Shown here piece by piece: positions 1 to 9,608 of a stretch of 64,000 bases of DNA. Position 1 is the stretch's first letter; every line of letters begins with the position of its first letter. Source of the DNA: Candidatus Hydrogenedentota bacterium (lineage in GTDB: Bacteria; Hydrogenedentota; Hydrogenedentia; Hydrogenedentales; JAEUWI01); assembly GCA_016182605.1 (NCBI GenBank), contig JACPGE010000056.1, positions 28,964 through 92,963 on the forward strand, read 5' to 3'. The notes below the pieces were generated by a model. That model was not told where the DNA came from, did not search any database, and saw nothing but the letters and a program-made list of their open reading frames with translations. The translations under genes were made by a program, and so were the position numbers.

Positions 1-808
1 GCGCGCAGGAGTGGGTGACGCCGAGGCCCTTCTGGAAGGCGGTCGCGCCCATGCTGGAGGCCATGAGCATCTTGCCGCGCGCGTCCAGGTTGCCGGGCTC
101 CTTGATGCACGTTTCGAGGTTCTGCGCAACCAGCTTGATACCCTGCAGCGCGATGCCGTCGGCCAGGGGATGAAAGCCCTTGGAGAGATAGGCTTCAACA
201 TTGTGGGAGAGGGCGTCCACACCGGTGGAGGCGGTGACGCTCGCCGGCAGCCCCACGGTGAGTTCAGGATCGGAAAGCACCAGGGGCGGCAGCAGCCGGG
301 GCGAAAAGATGATGCGCTTGATGTGGGTCACATCGTCGGAGATAACGCTGGAACGGCCCACTTCGCTGCCCGTGCCCGCGGTGGTCGGCACGGCGATCAT
401 GAACGGGATTTCGCGGTCGACGGGGAGGCCGCCGGGCTTGTCGTCTTCGTAGTCGAAGAGATCGCCGGGATGGTGCACCATGAGCGCGACCACCTTGCCC
501 ACGTCCAGCGCGGCGCCACCGCCGACGATGACGAGGGAGTCCGCATGGTGATCGTGATAGACCTTGACGCCGGCGGAGACTTGCGACTTCACGGGGTTGC
601 CGTAAACACTGGAGAAGGCGCCTGCCATGAGGCCCGCCGCGTTGAGGCTGTCCACGATCTTCTGGAAAAAGGGCAGGGGCGCGACGCCGGTATCGGTGAG
701 GACCAGCGGCCGGCTGAGGCCGCGCGATTTGATGGCGTCTGCCGCAAGCGCGACGGCGCCCGGGCCAAACTTGATGATGGTCGGGTAGTTGTACTGTACG
801 ATAGCCAT
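1..808 (-). CDS. Iron-containing (group III) alcohol dehydrogenase; 3' end lies beyond the window start
   Basis: Reverse-strand translation from the ATG at 806-808 gives MAIVQYNYPTIIKFGPGAV...VIVGGGAALDVGK (GGGSxxD-like Fe-ADH motif), ...AVPTTAGTGSEV. Open to the window edge, so absent from the ORF track. AGGAAA SD ~9 nt upstream. Confidence 0.8.
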   Translation of the reverse strand, partial: MAIVQYNYPTIIKFGPGAVALAADAIKSRGLSRPLVLTDTGVAPLPFFQKIVDSLNAAGLMAGAFSSVYGNPVKSQVSAGVKVYHDHHADSLVIVGGGAALDVGKVVALMVHHPGDLFDYEDDKPGGLPVDREIPFMIAVPTTAGTGSEVGRSSVISDDVTHIKRIIFSPRLLPPLVLSDPELTVGLPASVTASTGVDALSHNVEAYLSKGFHPLADGIALQGIKLVAQNLETCIKEPGNLDARGKMLMASSMGATAFQKGLGVTHSCA

Positions 809-810
809 GG

Positions 811-1674
811 TTATTTTTCCTGGTTTGCGTGGCCGTTGAGCACGAAAGCGTGCAGCCAGTTCTTGAACTCGAGTTCGCGGGTCGTGTCGTCGAGGATGTC
901 GTCGTCGATGCTGTACTGCCAGCGCAGATCCCAGCGAGAGGGCTCCTTCGCGAGCGCGTCCAGCCCCGCGACATAGCCGCGCAGGTCGTCCGCATTCCTG
1001 AAGAAGCCCAGTTTGATCAGTTTTTCATCGCGCGCTTCGATGAGCCGCGCCATTTCATTCAGGTCGTATTCCGTGTGGTATTGCGTGGTCACCATGACGC
1101 CCTTGCCCAGGCGCACTTCCACGGATTGCACGGCGCTCCACGGGTTCCCCGCGAGCACGGTCGCGCCCTCGGGCAGTTGCGTCACATGATCGTCGTGACT
1201 TTCGAACGCGGAGAACACGGGCGGCTTCCCGGCATACATGGGGTGCTTCTTGCCCGCTTCGGTGAGCGCAATGTTGCGCGCGATACCCATCTCGCGGCCC
1301 TTGGGATTGGCCTCCACCACGCCCCCGGCCACGACGCACGCGAGCTGCACCGCCCAGCAACTGCCAAACTGGGGAATGCCGAGTTCGAAGGCCTGCTTGC
1401 ACAGATTTTTGTGGCGCTGCACTTCAGGTTGATCGTGGTAAATGGTGAGATTGCAGCCGGGCCACAGAATGGCGTCGTACTGCTTCAGTTCTTCGTCGCT
1501 GAATGCGTCCGGTGTGTCTTCGTCGCTGCTGAGCCAGGGAAGGACTTCCGCTTCGGGCGCATAGCGCAGCAGGAGATCCTCGAAGAGTTTCCATGCAGGG
1601 CGCATGCCGACTTCGTCAAAGCGCTCGCGGCTCGGCTTGTTGTAGCCGTCAACAATCATCACACGCATCGTCAC
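811..1674 (-). CDS. Class I glutamine amidotransferase-like protein
   Basis: 287 aa. GSCWAVQL nucleophile-elbow-like Cys motif. Its stop abuts the start of the downstream ADH gene, suggesting an operon. Confidence 0.5.
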   Translation of the reverse strand: MTMRVMIVDGYNKPSRERFDEVGMRPAWKLFEDLLLRYAPEAEVLPWLSSDEDTPDAFSDEELKQYDAILWPGCNLTIYHDQPEVQRHKNLCKQAFELGIPQFGSCWAVQLACVVAGGVVEANPKGREMGIARNIALTEAGKKHPMYAGKPPVFSAFESHDDHVTQLPEGATVLAGNPWSAVQSVEVRLGKGVMVTTQYHTEYDLNEMARLIEARDEKLIKLGFFRNADDLRGYVAGLDALAKEPSRWDLRWQYSIDDDILDDTTRELEFKNWLHAFVLNGHANQEK

Positions 1675-2436
1675 TCAGGCCTCCAGGGATGCCAGTATTG
1701 CCGGCAGGTCCGCATAGTTGTCGCAAATCGCATCGGGAACATGGCCATCCAGGTCCCGTTTCTTCACCACCGTAAGGAGCACACCCCGCGCGCCGATGGC
1801 GTGGGGTCCGCCGATGTCGTTGTGCGGGCGATCGCCGATGTGCACAATGTCGGCCAGGCCAATGCCAAAGGCGTCCGCCACGGACTTAAAGATGTCGGGA
1901 TGGGGCTTGCTGCGGCCGGCCTCGTCGCTGAATGCGAAGTGATCGAAGTAGGGCAGCATGCCCTCCTTCGCCAGCAGCTTGCGCAGGTTTTTTCCCGGGC
2001 TGAATATCGTGTCGCTCACAATCGCGATCTTGTACTTGCCATGCAGGGCCTTCAGCGCCTCCAGGGCGCCCGGCGCGGGGTCGGGCGAATAAACCAGTTC
2101 CATGTCCTCGTGCAGCCGCACCAGTTCTTCGAAAACCGCGTCTGGCAAGGTCCGCTTGAGGCCTTCCAGAATGATCTCCAGGCGCTCGCGCACGGAAAGC
2201 GTCACATGCAGGTCGTGCCAGACCTTGCGATAGGCGGCGTCTGCCGTGTCATAGGCCAAATCCACGATGCTGCGCTCGATCGGCGCCACAGCATGGAGCG
2301 CGTCATGAAGGAGCGTGCGCCGCGCAATGGGCTTGGGCGCCTCTCCGGCCGCCGCGCGCTTGGGTTCATCCGTGTCGTCGGCAAAAAGACAATCCCAGAG
2401 GTCAAAGGTGACCGCGCCGATGGGCCTTCCTGGCAT
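1675..2436 (-). CDS. HAD-superfamily hydrolase
   Basis: Start trimmed to the internal ATG (MPGRPIGAVTFDLWDCLF, DxD motif I) preceded by GAGGAAG SD. Motif III-like GDRPHNDI. Track ORF 1675..2646. Confidence 0.7.
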   Translation of the reverse strand: MPGRPIGAVTFDLWDCLFADDTDEPKRAAAGEAPKPIARRTLLHDALHAVAPIERSIVDLAYDTADAAYRKVWHDLHVTLSVRERLEIILEGLKRTLPDAVFEELVRLHEDMELVYSPDPAPGALEALKALHGKYKIAIVSDTIFSPGKNLRKLLAKEGMLPYFDHFAFSDEAGRSKPHPDIFKSVADAFGIGLADIVHIGDRPHNDIGGPHAIGARGVLLTVVKKRDLDGHVPDAICDNYADLPAILASLEA

Positions 2437-2776
2437 GATGTACTTCCTCATGAAGCTGGAGATGATGGGGCAGAGCGTGTGCAACCGGAAACGGCTTGGG
2501 AACGCGTATGGGATTCCAATTCCAGGCTCTTTGATGACGCGTATGCCGGCGAAGCGGCCAAGCGCGCCAAAGTCCCTGTTTCCGGGCGGCAATAGGGTAA
2601 CATATGGCGCATGGATGAACAAAATGATTGTCCGGATCCGCCCCATTTCACGGTTTTATTCGTGTGCAGGGGTGTTCATTCGTAGTAGATCTTTTCGGAT
2701 CCGGATTGGGAATCAGACCACGGATAAACCCGTGTGGACATCTATGGGAATGCCGTAAGCATGGGGTATCGCCGGT

Positions 2777-3679
2777 TTACGCGGACAAGGAAATCGATTT
2801 TTTCATGAGGCCCTGCGGCCCGTGGGCGAGCGCGGTGATTTCGGTGTAGCCATTTTCCAGGAGGTAGTCCCGCGCCGTGCCGATGCCAAAACCCACATCC
2901 TTCACCCCGTGGCTGTCGTCCCCAAAGCACACGGGGATCTGCCGTTCCCGCGCCGCCTCCAGGATCCACGGCGCGGGATAGGGCCGCCCGAATCCCTTGC
3001 GCAATCCGCCCGTGTTGATGTCGAGAATGGCGCCAAACTCCGCCACGGTATCGAGTGTCTCAAAGGCGGCCTTCCGGATCGCGGGCGTGGCAATGCTGTC
3101 CTCGTCCCGGGCATGGCGGCGGACCAGATCGAAGTGCCCTACCACCTCCGGCCGGATCGCGCGCACCATGGCGCCGATATTGCGGTAATATTGAATGCAG
3201 AAGGCCTCGTGGCCGCCGCAACGCCGGATCGCCTCGCCGTACAGATCCAGGGTGTGATCGATGATGATGTCCGCCACGTAATGCACCGAGCCAACGAGGT
3301 ACTCGAAGCCGTACTGCTCTTTGTAGCCCAACATGACCTCTACGTAGCGGTCCGGCGGCACGATCTCGATCTCAAAGCCGCGGAGCAGGTCGATCTTGCC
3401 CGCGTAGCGCGTTTGCAGCTCCCGGCTGTGCACGGCATACGCGGCGAAAAGGGCCTCCAGCCGCGCCACGTCCCAGCCCATCGCGCGCTCTTCCTTGAAG
3501 AGGTACTCTGCTTGTACGCGCGGGGCATGCTCCGTAAGGCCGAATACCGGCATGCCCGCGTCGCACGCCGCCTCCACGATGGCCTCCAGCGTGTCCTGCG
3601 CATGATCGCAATAGCCGGTGCTGTGGCCGCCATGAAGCGAAACCAGCCAGGGCGGCGTGGGGGAGGGGGGAGCGGACAT
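2777..3679 (-). CDS. hisK: Histidinol-phosphatase, PHP family (HisK/HisJ-type)
   Basis: 300 aa. LHGGHSTGYCDHA N-terminal PHP metal-binding motif; PHP-fold His/Asp clusters throughout. Confidence 0.7.
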   Translation of the reverse strand: MSAPPSPTPPWLVSLHGGHSTGYCDHAQDTLEAIVEAACDAGMPVFGLTEHAPRVQAEYLFKEERAMGWDVARLEALFAAYAVHSRELQTRYAGKIDLLRGFEIEIVPPDRYVEVMLGYKEQYGFEYLVGSVHYVADIIIDHTLDLYGEAIRRCGGHEAFCIQYYRNIGAMVRAIRPEVVGHFDLVRRHARDEDSIATPAIRKAAFETLDTVAEFGAILDINTGGLRKGFGRPYPAPWILEAARERQIPVCFGDDSHGVKDVGFGIGTARDYLLENGYTEITALAHGPQGLMKKSISLSA

Positions 3680-3821
3680 GAAACCAGTCTCCAGGGTTGT
3701 GGCGGGCGGAATTGTAGCATCCCAATGTGTCGAGGGGCACGTGCCGGCTGGATCTGCGTCTTAAGATTCATTAGGGTGGTTGCCGTGCGTGTGGCGATCA
3801 ACCTGCAATAGGAGACGGCAA

Positions 3822-4682
3822 ATGCTTGCGTTGAATGGGCTGCTTTCGGTATTGCTGCTCGGTGCGTCCATGGTCACGGGGGACGTGGCCACCCTCGGCG
3901 CCGGTTACAAGTTCACAGAAGGGCCCGTTTGGATGAAGGACGGCACGCTGCTCTTCAGCGACATCCCCGCGGACACGATCTTCAAGGGCAATGGGGAGGT
4001 CTTCCGCAAGCCCTCCGGCATGTCCAATGGCCTGACGCTGGACCGGGAAGGCCGCCTGATTGCCGCAGAGCATCAAACCCGGCGCGTGACGCGTACCGAG
4101 AAGGACGGCACGATCACCGTGCTTGCGGAACGCTTCGAGGGCAAGCGCCTGAACAGCCCCAACGACGTGATTGTGCGCTCGGACGGCGTCCTCTTTTTTA
4201 CCGACCCGCCCTATGGCCTGCCCGGCGGACCGGACGGCCCCAACGCGGAACTGAAATGGTTTGGACTCTTCGCCATACTCCCGGATGGCGCCCTAAAGAT
4301 GTTGAAGAAGGACTTTTTGCGTCCCAACGGCCTGACCCTCTCGCCGGATGAGAAGCTGCTCTATGTCGCGGACACCTCGAAGGGGCACATCCGCGCGTTC
4401 GATCTGGCCAAAGACGGAACGCTATCCGGCGATCGGGTCTTCTGTGAGCTTCCCGGTCCAGACGGGATCAAATGTGACGTGGAGGGCAACGTGTGGGCGA
4501 CGGCCTCCGACGGCGTGCGCGTGGTCAGTCCGCAGGGGGAACTGCTGGAAACGGTGGTCTTCCCCGAAGGGCCGGCCAACTGTGGCTTCGGCGGCCAGGA
4601 CGGGAAGACCCTCTATGTAACCGCTCGCAGCAGTGTATATACGGTGACGACGGCGGTGGCGGGCATTCACCCGGCGCGTTAA
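3822..4682 (+). CDS. SMP-30/gluconolactonase/LRE-family beta-propeller protein, secreted
   Basis: Start at ATG 3822 (MLALNGLLSVLLLGASM signal peptide) with AGGAGA SD 6 nt upstream. EGPVW, SDIP, NGL, FTD, NG repeats typical of the SGL family. Confidence 0.7.
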   Translation: MLALNGLLSVLLLGASMVTGDVATLGAGYKFTEGPVWMKDGTLLFSDIPADTIFKGNGEVFRKPSGMSNGLTLDREGRLIAAEHQTRRVTRTEKDGTITVLAERFEGKRLNSPNDVIVRSDGVLFFTDPPYGLPGGPDGPNAELKWFGLFAILPDGALKMLKKDFLRPNGLTLSPDEKLLYVADTSKGHIRAFDLAKDGTLSGDRVFCELPGPDGIKCDVEGNVWATASDGVRVVSPQGELLETVVFPEGPANCGFGGQDGKTLYVTARSSVYTVTTAVAGIHPAR

Positions 4683-4902
4683 GCCGGGGGGAGGCGCAGG
4701 GAATTCACGGTCTGCGCGGCGCTATGGGGGTTTCTTGCATTATTCGCCCGCAGAATCTACAATTGTGCCCGCTGTCCCTGCGGTGCCCGCGGACAGTTTC
4801 TTTTTTTGTGATACGAGACTATCCCGCAATAGAGCACACTTTCAGACTACCCATAGTATTCGCGGTGCGTTCGCACGGTGTGCGCGGTCGACGGAGGAAA
4901 CC

Positions 4903-6000
4903 ATGATAATCGATTTCGGCGGAGTGAAGGAAGACGTTGTTACCCGGAAAGAGTTCACCATGGCGAAAGCCAAGAAGGTGCTCAAGAACGAAACGATCGC
5001 GGTGATCGGATACGGCGTGCAGGGGCCGGCCCAGGCGCTGAACATGCGCGACAACGGTTTCAATGTGATTGTGGGCTTGCGCGAAGGCTCGAAAGAAAGC
5101 TGGAAGCGCGCCCAGGAAGACGGTTGGAAGAAGGGCGTAAACCTTTTCTCCACCGAAGAAGCGGCCGAACGCGGCACCATCATTCAGTATCTCGTGTCGG
5201 ATGCGGCGCAGAAGAGCTATTGGCCCACGCTGAAGAAGCACCTCAAGGCCGGGGACGCGCTCTACTTTTCCCACGGCTTCTCGGTCACCTACAAGCACCT
5301 TACCAAAGTCATTCCCCCGGCGGATGTGGACGTGATCCTCGTCGCGCCGAAGGGCTCGGGCACTTCGGTGCGCCGCAACTACCTGGCGGGCGTGGGCATC
5401 AACTCCAGCTATGCCGTGGAGCAGGACGCCACAGGCCGGGCGCTGGAACGCTGCCTCGCAGTCGGCATCGCGCTCGGTTCGGGCTACATGTTCCCGACCA
5501 CCTTCAAGAAGGAAGTGTACAGCGATCTGACCGGCGAACGCGGCGTGCTCATGGGCGCGCTCGCGGGCATCATGGAAGCGCAATACGAAGTCTTGCGCAA
5601 GAACGGCCACAGCCCGGCCGAAGCGTTTAACGAAACCGTCGAAGAACTCACCCAGAGCCTGATTCGTCTCGTCGACGAAAACGGCATGGACTGGATGTAC
5701 TCGAACTGCTCGGCCACGGCACAGCGCGGCGCCCTCGATTGGAAGCCGAAGTTCAAGAAGGCGACCCTGCCGGTTTTCAAGGAACTGTACAAGCGCGTCA
5801 AGAGCGGCGACGAGACCAAGCGCGTCTTGAAGTCCACGGGCAGCGCCGACTACAAAGAAAAGCTCGAAGCCGAATTGTCCGAGATGCGCAACTCGGAAAT
5901 GTGGCGTGCCGGCGCGGCTTCCCGCTCCCTGCGCCCGAACGTTCCAGAGAGCCAGCGCATCAAGTCGACCGCCGGCGTCAAGGGCCGCGGCCGCAATTAG
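4903..6000 (+). CDS. ilvC: Ketol-acid reductoisomerase
   Basis: [35 protein letters not shown] Rossmann/KARI signature. GGAGGA SD before ATG 4903. ~30-aa basic C-terminal extension. Alternative start at MAKAKKV (4957). Confidence 0.85.
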   Translation: [365 protein letters not shown]

Positions 6001-6310
6001 TAGGGCTTGATTTCCGCCTTGCGGGGCTGCGCGGAGACGCGTAGCCCCGCGGTTTTGGCTGCTTGCGTTAGGTGCCGGGCTTGTGTCATGCTGGACAGCG
6101 CCGACCATGTAACTGCAATCAGGGCAAGATGATACTTATGGATATGGGCGCCGGCTTCGGCCGCGTTGATGGAGCCAGACTCTCAACAGTGTTGCATGTC
6201 GAGTGTATCTATAGGGGCCGCAAGCTCAGGCTGCCGCGCGTGGTGGCCCCCCAGGCCTTTGCCGGCCGCACAATCGGGATCCCATTCGATTGGTGCCCGA
6301 GGATAGCCCA

Positions 6311-7219
6311 ATGAGCGAGCTGATACCCGGCACGGAGTACGGCCCACTCGACAATCCCAATTTTGAGTTTGCCTGGCGGCGGGGATATCTCGAAGCCCAT
6401 CTGCTCTCCGACTTGGGGAAGAAGCGCCAGAACAATGAAGATGCGTGCATCATGTGCGCCCCGAAGAATCCAGACCTCGCCGTGGAGCGGGGTCTCCTGT
6501 TTTCCGTGGCCGATGGCATGGGTGGCGCTTCCGCGGGGGAGTACGCCAGCCGCATGGCCCTGCTGACGCTGTCGCACGAATACTACGCGCGCCCCTTCGA
6601 AAGCGTGCCCGTTTCCCTGCGCGCCGCCGTCGAGTGCGCCAACGCCAAGATCCATGAAGAGGCCGAAAGCAACCTCGCCTACGCCGGCATGGGCACTACC
6701 GTTTCCGCCGCCGTGGTGCTGGGGGATTGGCTCTACATCGCGCAGGTGGGCGACAGCCGTGTCTACCTCCTCCGCGAACGCTCCGGCATCCACCAGCTCA
6801 CGGACGACCACTCGCTGGTGGAAGAGCAGGTGCGCAGCGGACTGATCAGTCCCGAAGAGGCGAAGAACCACAGTCTCAAGAATCTCATCACCCGCGCGGT
6901 GGGCATCAAGGCGCAGGTCTCCGTGGATCTTTTCTCGTTGCGCATGCAGCAGGGAGACACCCTGCTCATTTGCTCCGACGGCCTCTCCAACATGGTGACC
7001 GACTCGCAGATTTCCACCACGCTCTCGGGCGCGGATTTGAAGGTGGCCACGCATCGCCTGATCGAAAACGCGCTGGACGGCGGCGGCACCGACAACGTGA
7101 CGGCGGTGACCATTCGCGTGGTAGACGCACCCCCCAGGACGGAACAGCAGGGCGGCGCGAAAGAAATCGCCATTCAGAGCAACGGCTTTTTCAGCCGGTT
7201 GCGGAAGCTCTTCTACTGA
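6311..7219 (+). CDS. PP2C-family Ser/Thr protein phosphatase
   Basis: FSVADGMGG, DGLSN, GGTDNVT PP2C motifs. Start at ATG 6311 (track ORF starts at a TTG at 6290). Confidence 0.8.
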   Translation: MSELIPGTEYGPLDNPNFEFAWRRGYLEAHLLSDLGKKRQNNEDACIMCAPKNPDLAVERGLLFSVADGMGGASAGEYASRMALLTLSHEYYARPFESVPVSLRAAVECANAKIHEEAESNLAYAGMGTTVSAAVVLGDWLYIAQVGDSRVYLLRERSGIHQLTDDHSLVEEQVRSGLISPEEAKNHSLKNLITRAVGIKAQVSVDLFSLRMQQGDTLLICSDGLSNMVTDSQISTTLSGADLKVATHRLIENALDGGGTDNVTAVTIRVVDAPPRTEQQGGAKEIAIQSNGFFSRLRKLFY

Positions 7220-7229
7220 CTCGGGAAGC

Positions 7230-7601
7230 TCAGCGGCTCCGCCTGCGCGGTCCGCGCCGTGAAGTCCCCCGCCGCTTCTGTTTGCTCGCATTGCGCCGCG
7301 GCTGATCTTCGGGATCCTTTTCCACCGGAGTCTCCGGCTCCAGGTGGCGCGGAAGCACCGCCTTTGCGTTGGCGTCCTGTATCGAATTCAGCGTGTGGCA
7401 CCGGGGACAAGAGGAAAACTTCTCCGCCTCGTCATCGAGATACACGTACGTGCAGATCGCGCACCGCCAGATGAACTGGTTCTTCACCTCGAAATGACGG
7501 CGCTGTTCCTTCACCTCCATGTAGAGCCACAGCATCGTGGCGCCCGCAAGCAGAATCAGGCTGTACACCAGCATCGCCGTGCCCAGGGATATCTCGATCA
7601 C
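7230..7601 (-). CDS. Small membrane protein with CxxC...CxxC zinc ribbon
   Basis: N-terminal TM helix, CAIC...CPRC ribbon, basic C-tail. 4-nt overlap with the upstream tonB-like gene (coupled). Confidence 0.45.
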   Translation of the reverse strand: MIEISLGTAMLVYSLILLAGATMLWLYMEVKEQRRHFEVKNQFIWRCAICTYVYLDDEAEKFSSCPRCHTLNSIQDANAKAVLPRHLEPETPVEKDPEDQPRRNASKQKRRGTSRRGPRRRSR

Positions 7602-8413
7602 GGCGCCTCCTCCACCGCGCGCAGCACCAGTGTGGCGGTTTCAGGCCGGGTGCGCTCGTCGCCCGGTGGCAGCGGCTCGAAACGGTATTGCAGGAGCGTG
7701 AACTGGATCTCTTCCACTATCCCCTGGGGATCCACCGTGGGGCTGAACGTGTCCACAATCCGCCCGATCGCATTTACCTGGAAAACCACCTCGATCGGCA
7801 GCGGAAGCTCGGCCACATCCCGTGCGTCCAGGATATGCATCGGCGGCGCGAAGAGCAATGCACGCGCCGTGCCGCTACGTTCCCAGTCGATCTCGCCCAC
7901 AATGCCCGCGGCAGGACGAATCTTTGTGGTGTCGTCCGTGTCCGATCCCGGCAGCGTTTCATTCGTCCCGCTCAACCGAAGCTCCGCGAGCCGTTCCCCC
8001 ACGCCTTGCAGGCTGCGCGTGAAGCGCGCCCAACTGTCCAGGGGCTCGCCGTCGTAGATCCGGTCAAAACCAGGCTCGTTGCCCGCGTTGCCAAGCCGCA
8101 GCCGGCGCAACTCGCCAAAGGCCATGGTGGGCAGTTCAATGTCCGGCAGGGTTCCACCCAAGGTCAGGCCCTGTCCCAGCACGGGGAAAAGCGCAGGCAG
8201 GCCGCCCGATTCCGGCGGCGCGAGGGGCGCGGGCTCCCCGGCCGCCGCAACGATATGAAAATCCAGGTATTCCAAATCCCGGCGTGGAAAGTAGATCACA
8301 ATCTTGAAGAGCGTGACCATGGAAAGGTGTAGCAAGAGCGACGCGAGGAGCGCCCCATGTATCAGGGAGGGCCTCCAGCGTGGCCGGAAGCGATGTGTGC
8401 TGGAATTGCTCAT
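7598..8413 (-). CDS. TonB-like protein (N-terminal TM anchor, Pro-rich linker, C-terminal domain), putative
   Basis: Architecture and position immediately downstream of exbB-exbD. No strong sequence motif recognised. Confidence 0.35.
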   Translation of the reverse strand: MSNSSTHRFRPRWRPSLIHGALLASLLLHLSMVTLFKIVIYFPRRDLEYLDFHIVAAAGEPAPLAPPESGGLPALFPVLGQGLTLGGTLPDIELPTMAFGELRRLRLGNAGNEPGFDRIYDGEPLDSWARFTRSLQGVGERLAELRLSGTNETLPGSDTDDTTKIRPAAGIVGEIDWERSGTARALLFAPPMHILDARDVAELPLPIEVVFQVNAIGRIVDTFSPTVDPQGIVEEIQFTLLQYRFEPLPPGDERTRPETATLVLRAVEEAP

Positions 8414-8442
8414 GTTGTTGCGGCCTGCCCGTTGGCCGGGGC

Positions 8443-8880
8443 TCAGGGGCTCTCCGGCTGTTGTGCGGCAATCGAGTAGCTCTGAATGCCCACGGCGTTC
8501 GCGTATCCCATGACCTTGACGAAGCGCTCCACGGGAACACGGCCATCCGAGCGAATTTGCACGGCCGCGCCCGGGTTGGCGCCGTGCAGATCGGTCAGGC
8601 GCCGCACCAATTCCGCCCAGTCCACAATCTCCGCCTCATCCACGTAGATCTTGCCCAAGCCGTCCGGTCCGCCCGGATCGAAAGACAACGTTATGGACAG
8701 GTCTTTCTGTTCGAACTGGGCCGGGCCTTCCGCCTGGGGAACATCAATCGGGATCGATGTGCGCACGGTGAAGGTGGAGGAGAGCATGAAAAACGCAAGC
8801 AACAGCAGCACCACGTCGACCAGCGGCGTCATGTCGAGCCGGGCGGCAACCTTCAGCTTGTTGTTGCGTCTGAATTTCAT
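8443..8880 (-). CDS. exbD: Biopolymer transport protein ExbD/TolR
   Basis: MTPLVDVVLLLLAFFM single TM segment and ExbD-type periplasmic domain. 4-nt overlap with exbB. Confidence 0.8.
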   Translation of the reverse strand: MKFRRNNKLKVAARLDMTPLVDVVLLLLAFFMLSSTFTVRTSIPIDVPQAEGPAQFEQKDLSITLSFDPGGPDGLGKIYVDEAEIVDWAELVRRLTDLHGANPGAAVQIRSDGRVPVERFVKVMGYANAVGIQSYSIAAQQPESP

Positions 8881-9521
8881 CGGCGATCACTATCGTCCTG
8901 GTATTTCGTCAGCAGTTCGACCAGTTCCGAAGCGCTGATCTCCATGTCGTTCACCATGCTTTCCACGCGCGTTACAAAATAATTGTAAAGCACATACACC
9001 GGAATCGCGACGATCAGTCCAAAGGCCGTGGTAAGCAGGGCATTGCCGATGCCGTTCGCAAGGTCGGCCGGGTTCACCTGGCCGGCGCGATTCTTGATCT
9101 CGGAGAAGGCCAGGATCATGCCCTGCACCGTCCCCAGCAGCCCGAGCAGCGGCGCAATATTCGCGCAGGTCGCCAGCGCGGAGAGATAGCGCTCCAACTG
9201 CGGCACTTCCAGATGCCCCGCATTCTCTATGGCCTCGCGCATCTCCGCCTTGCTCTCCTCGTGCTTGAGTATGCCCGCCTTCAGAATGCGCGCCACCGGC
9301 GCATTCGTCTCGTCGCAGAGCTGCACGGCCTGCTGTATCCGGTGCTGCCGCAATACCTGGCGCATGGCTTCCATGAAGTCGCGCGTGTCGATGGTGGCGC
9401 GGCGCAGAAAGAAATACCGCTCGATGGCGATGCCCAGGGCCGCAATACTGCACAGCAGAATCGGCCACATGATGATGCCGCCGTCTTCCATTACATTATA
9501 GGCGTCTTGAAAAGTGCTCAC
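8877..9521 (-). CDS. exbB: MotA/TolQ/ExbB proton-channel protein
   Basis: Three TM helices. PLLGLLGTVQGMIxAF motif typical of ExbB/TolQ. Confidence 0.85.
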   Translation of the reverse strand: MSTFQDAYNVMEDGGIIMWPILLCSIAALGIAIERYFFLRRATIDTRDFMEAMRQVLRQHRIQQAVQLCDETNAPVARILKAGILKHEESKAEMREAIENAGHLEVPQLERYLSALATCANIAPLLGLLGTVQGMILAFSEIKNRAGQVNPADLANGIGNALLTTAFGLIVAIPVYVLYNYFVTRVESMVNDMEISASELVELLTKYQDDSDRR

Positions 9522-9608
9522 GGAATCCGTCCCTGCCCTTTGGCTGCGGCCCCCGATCGGTATGGGCGCGTGTGTGCGCCGCCGGCCGTCGGCCCCGTTT
9601 GCGTGCGG

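Noticed and set aside
11-976. 321-aa plus-strand ORF at the window start
   Set aside because: Antisense to the Fe-alcohol dehydrogenase gene, whose translation carries clear family motifs.
829-2595. 588-aa plus-strand ORF
   Set aside because: Spans the antisense strand of two well-supported minus-strand genes (GATase-like, HAD). Low-complexity Arg/Ala-rich translation.
4819-6108. 429-aa minus-strand ORF
   Set aside because: Antisense to ilvC.
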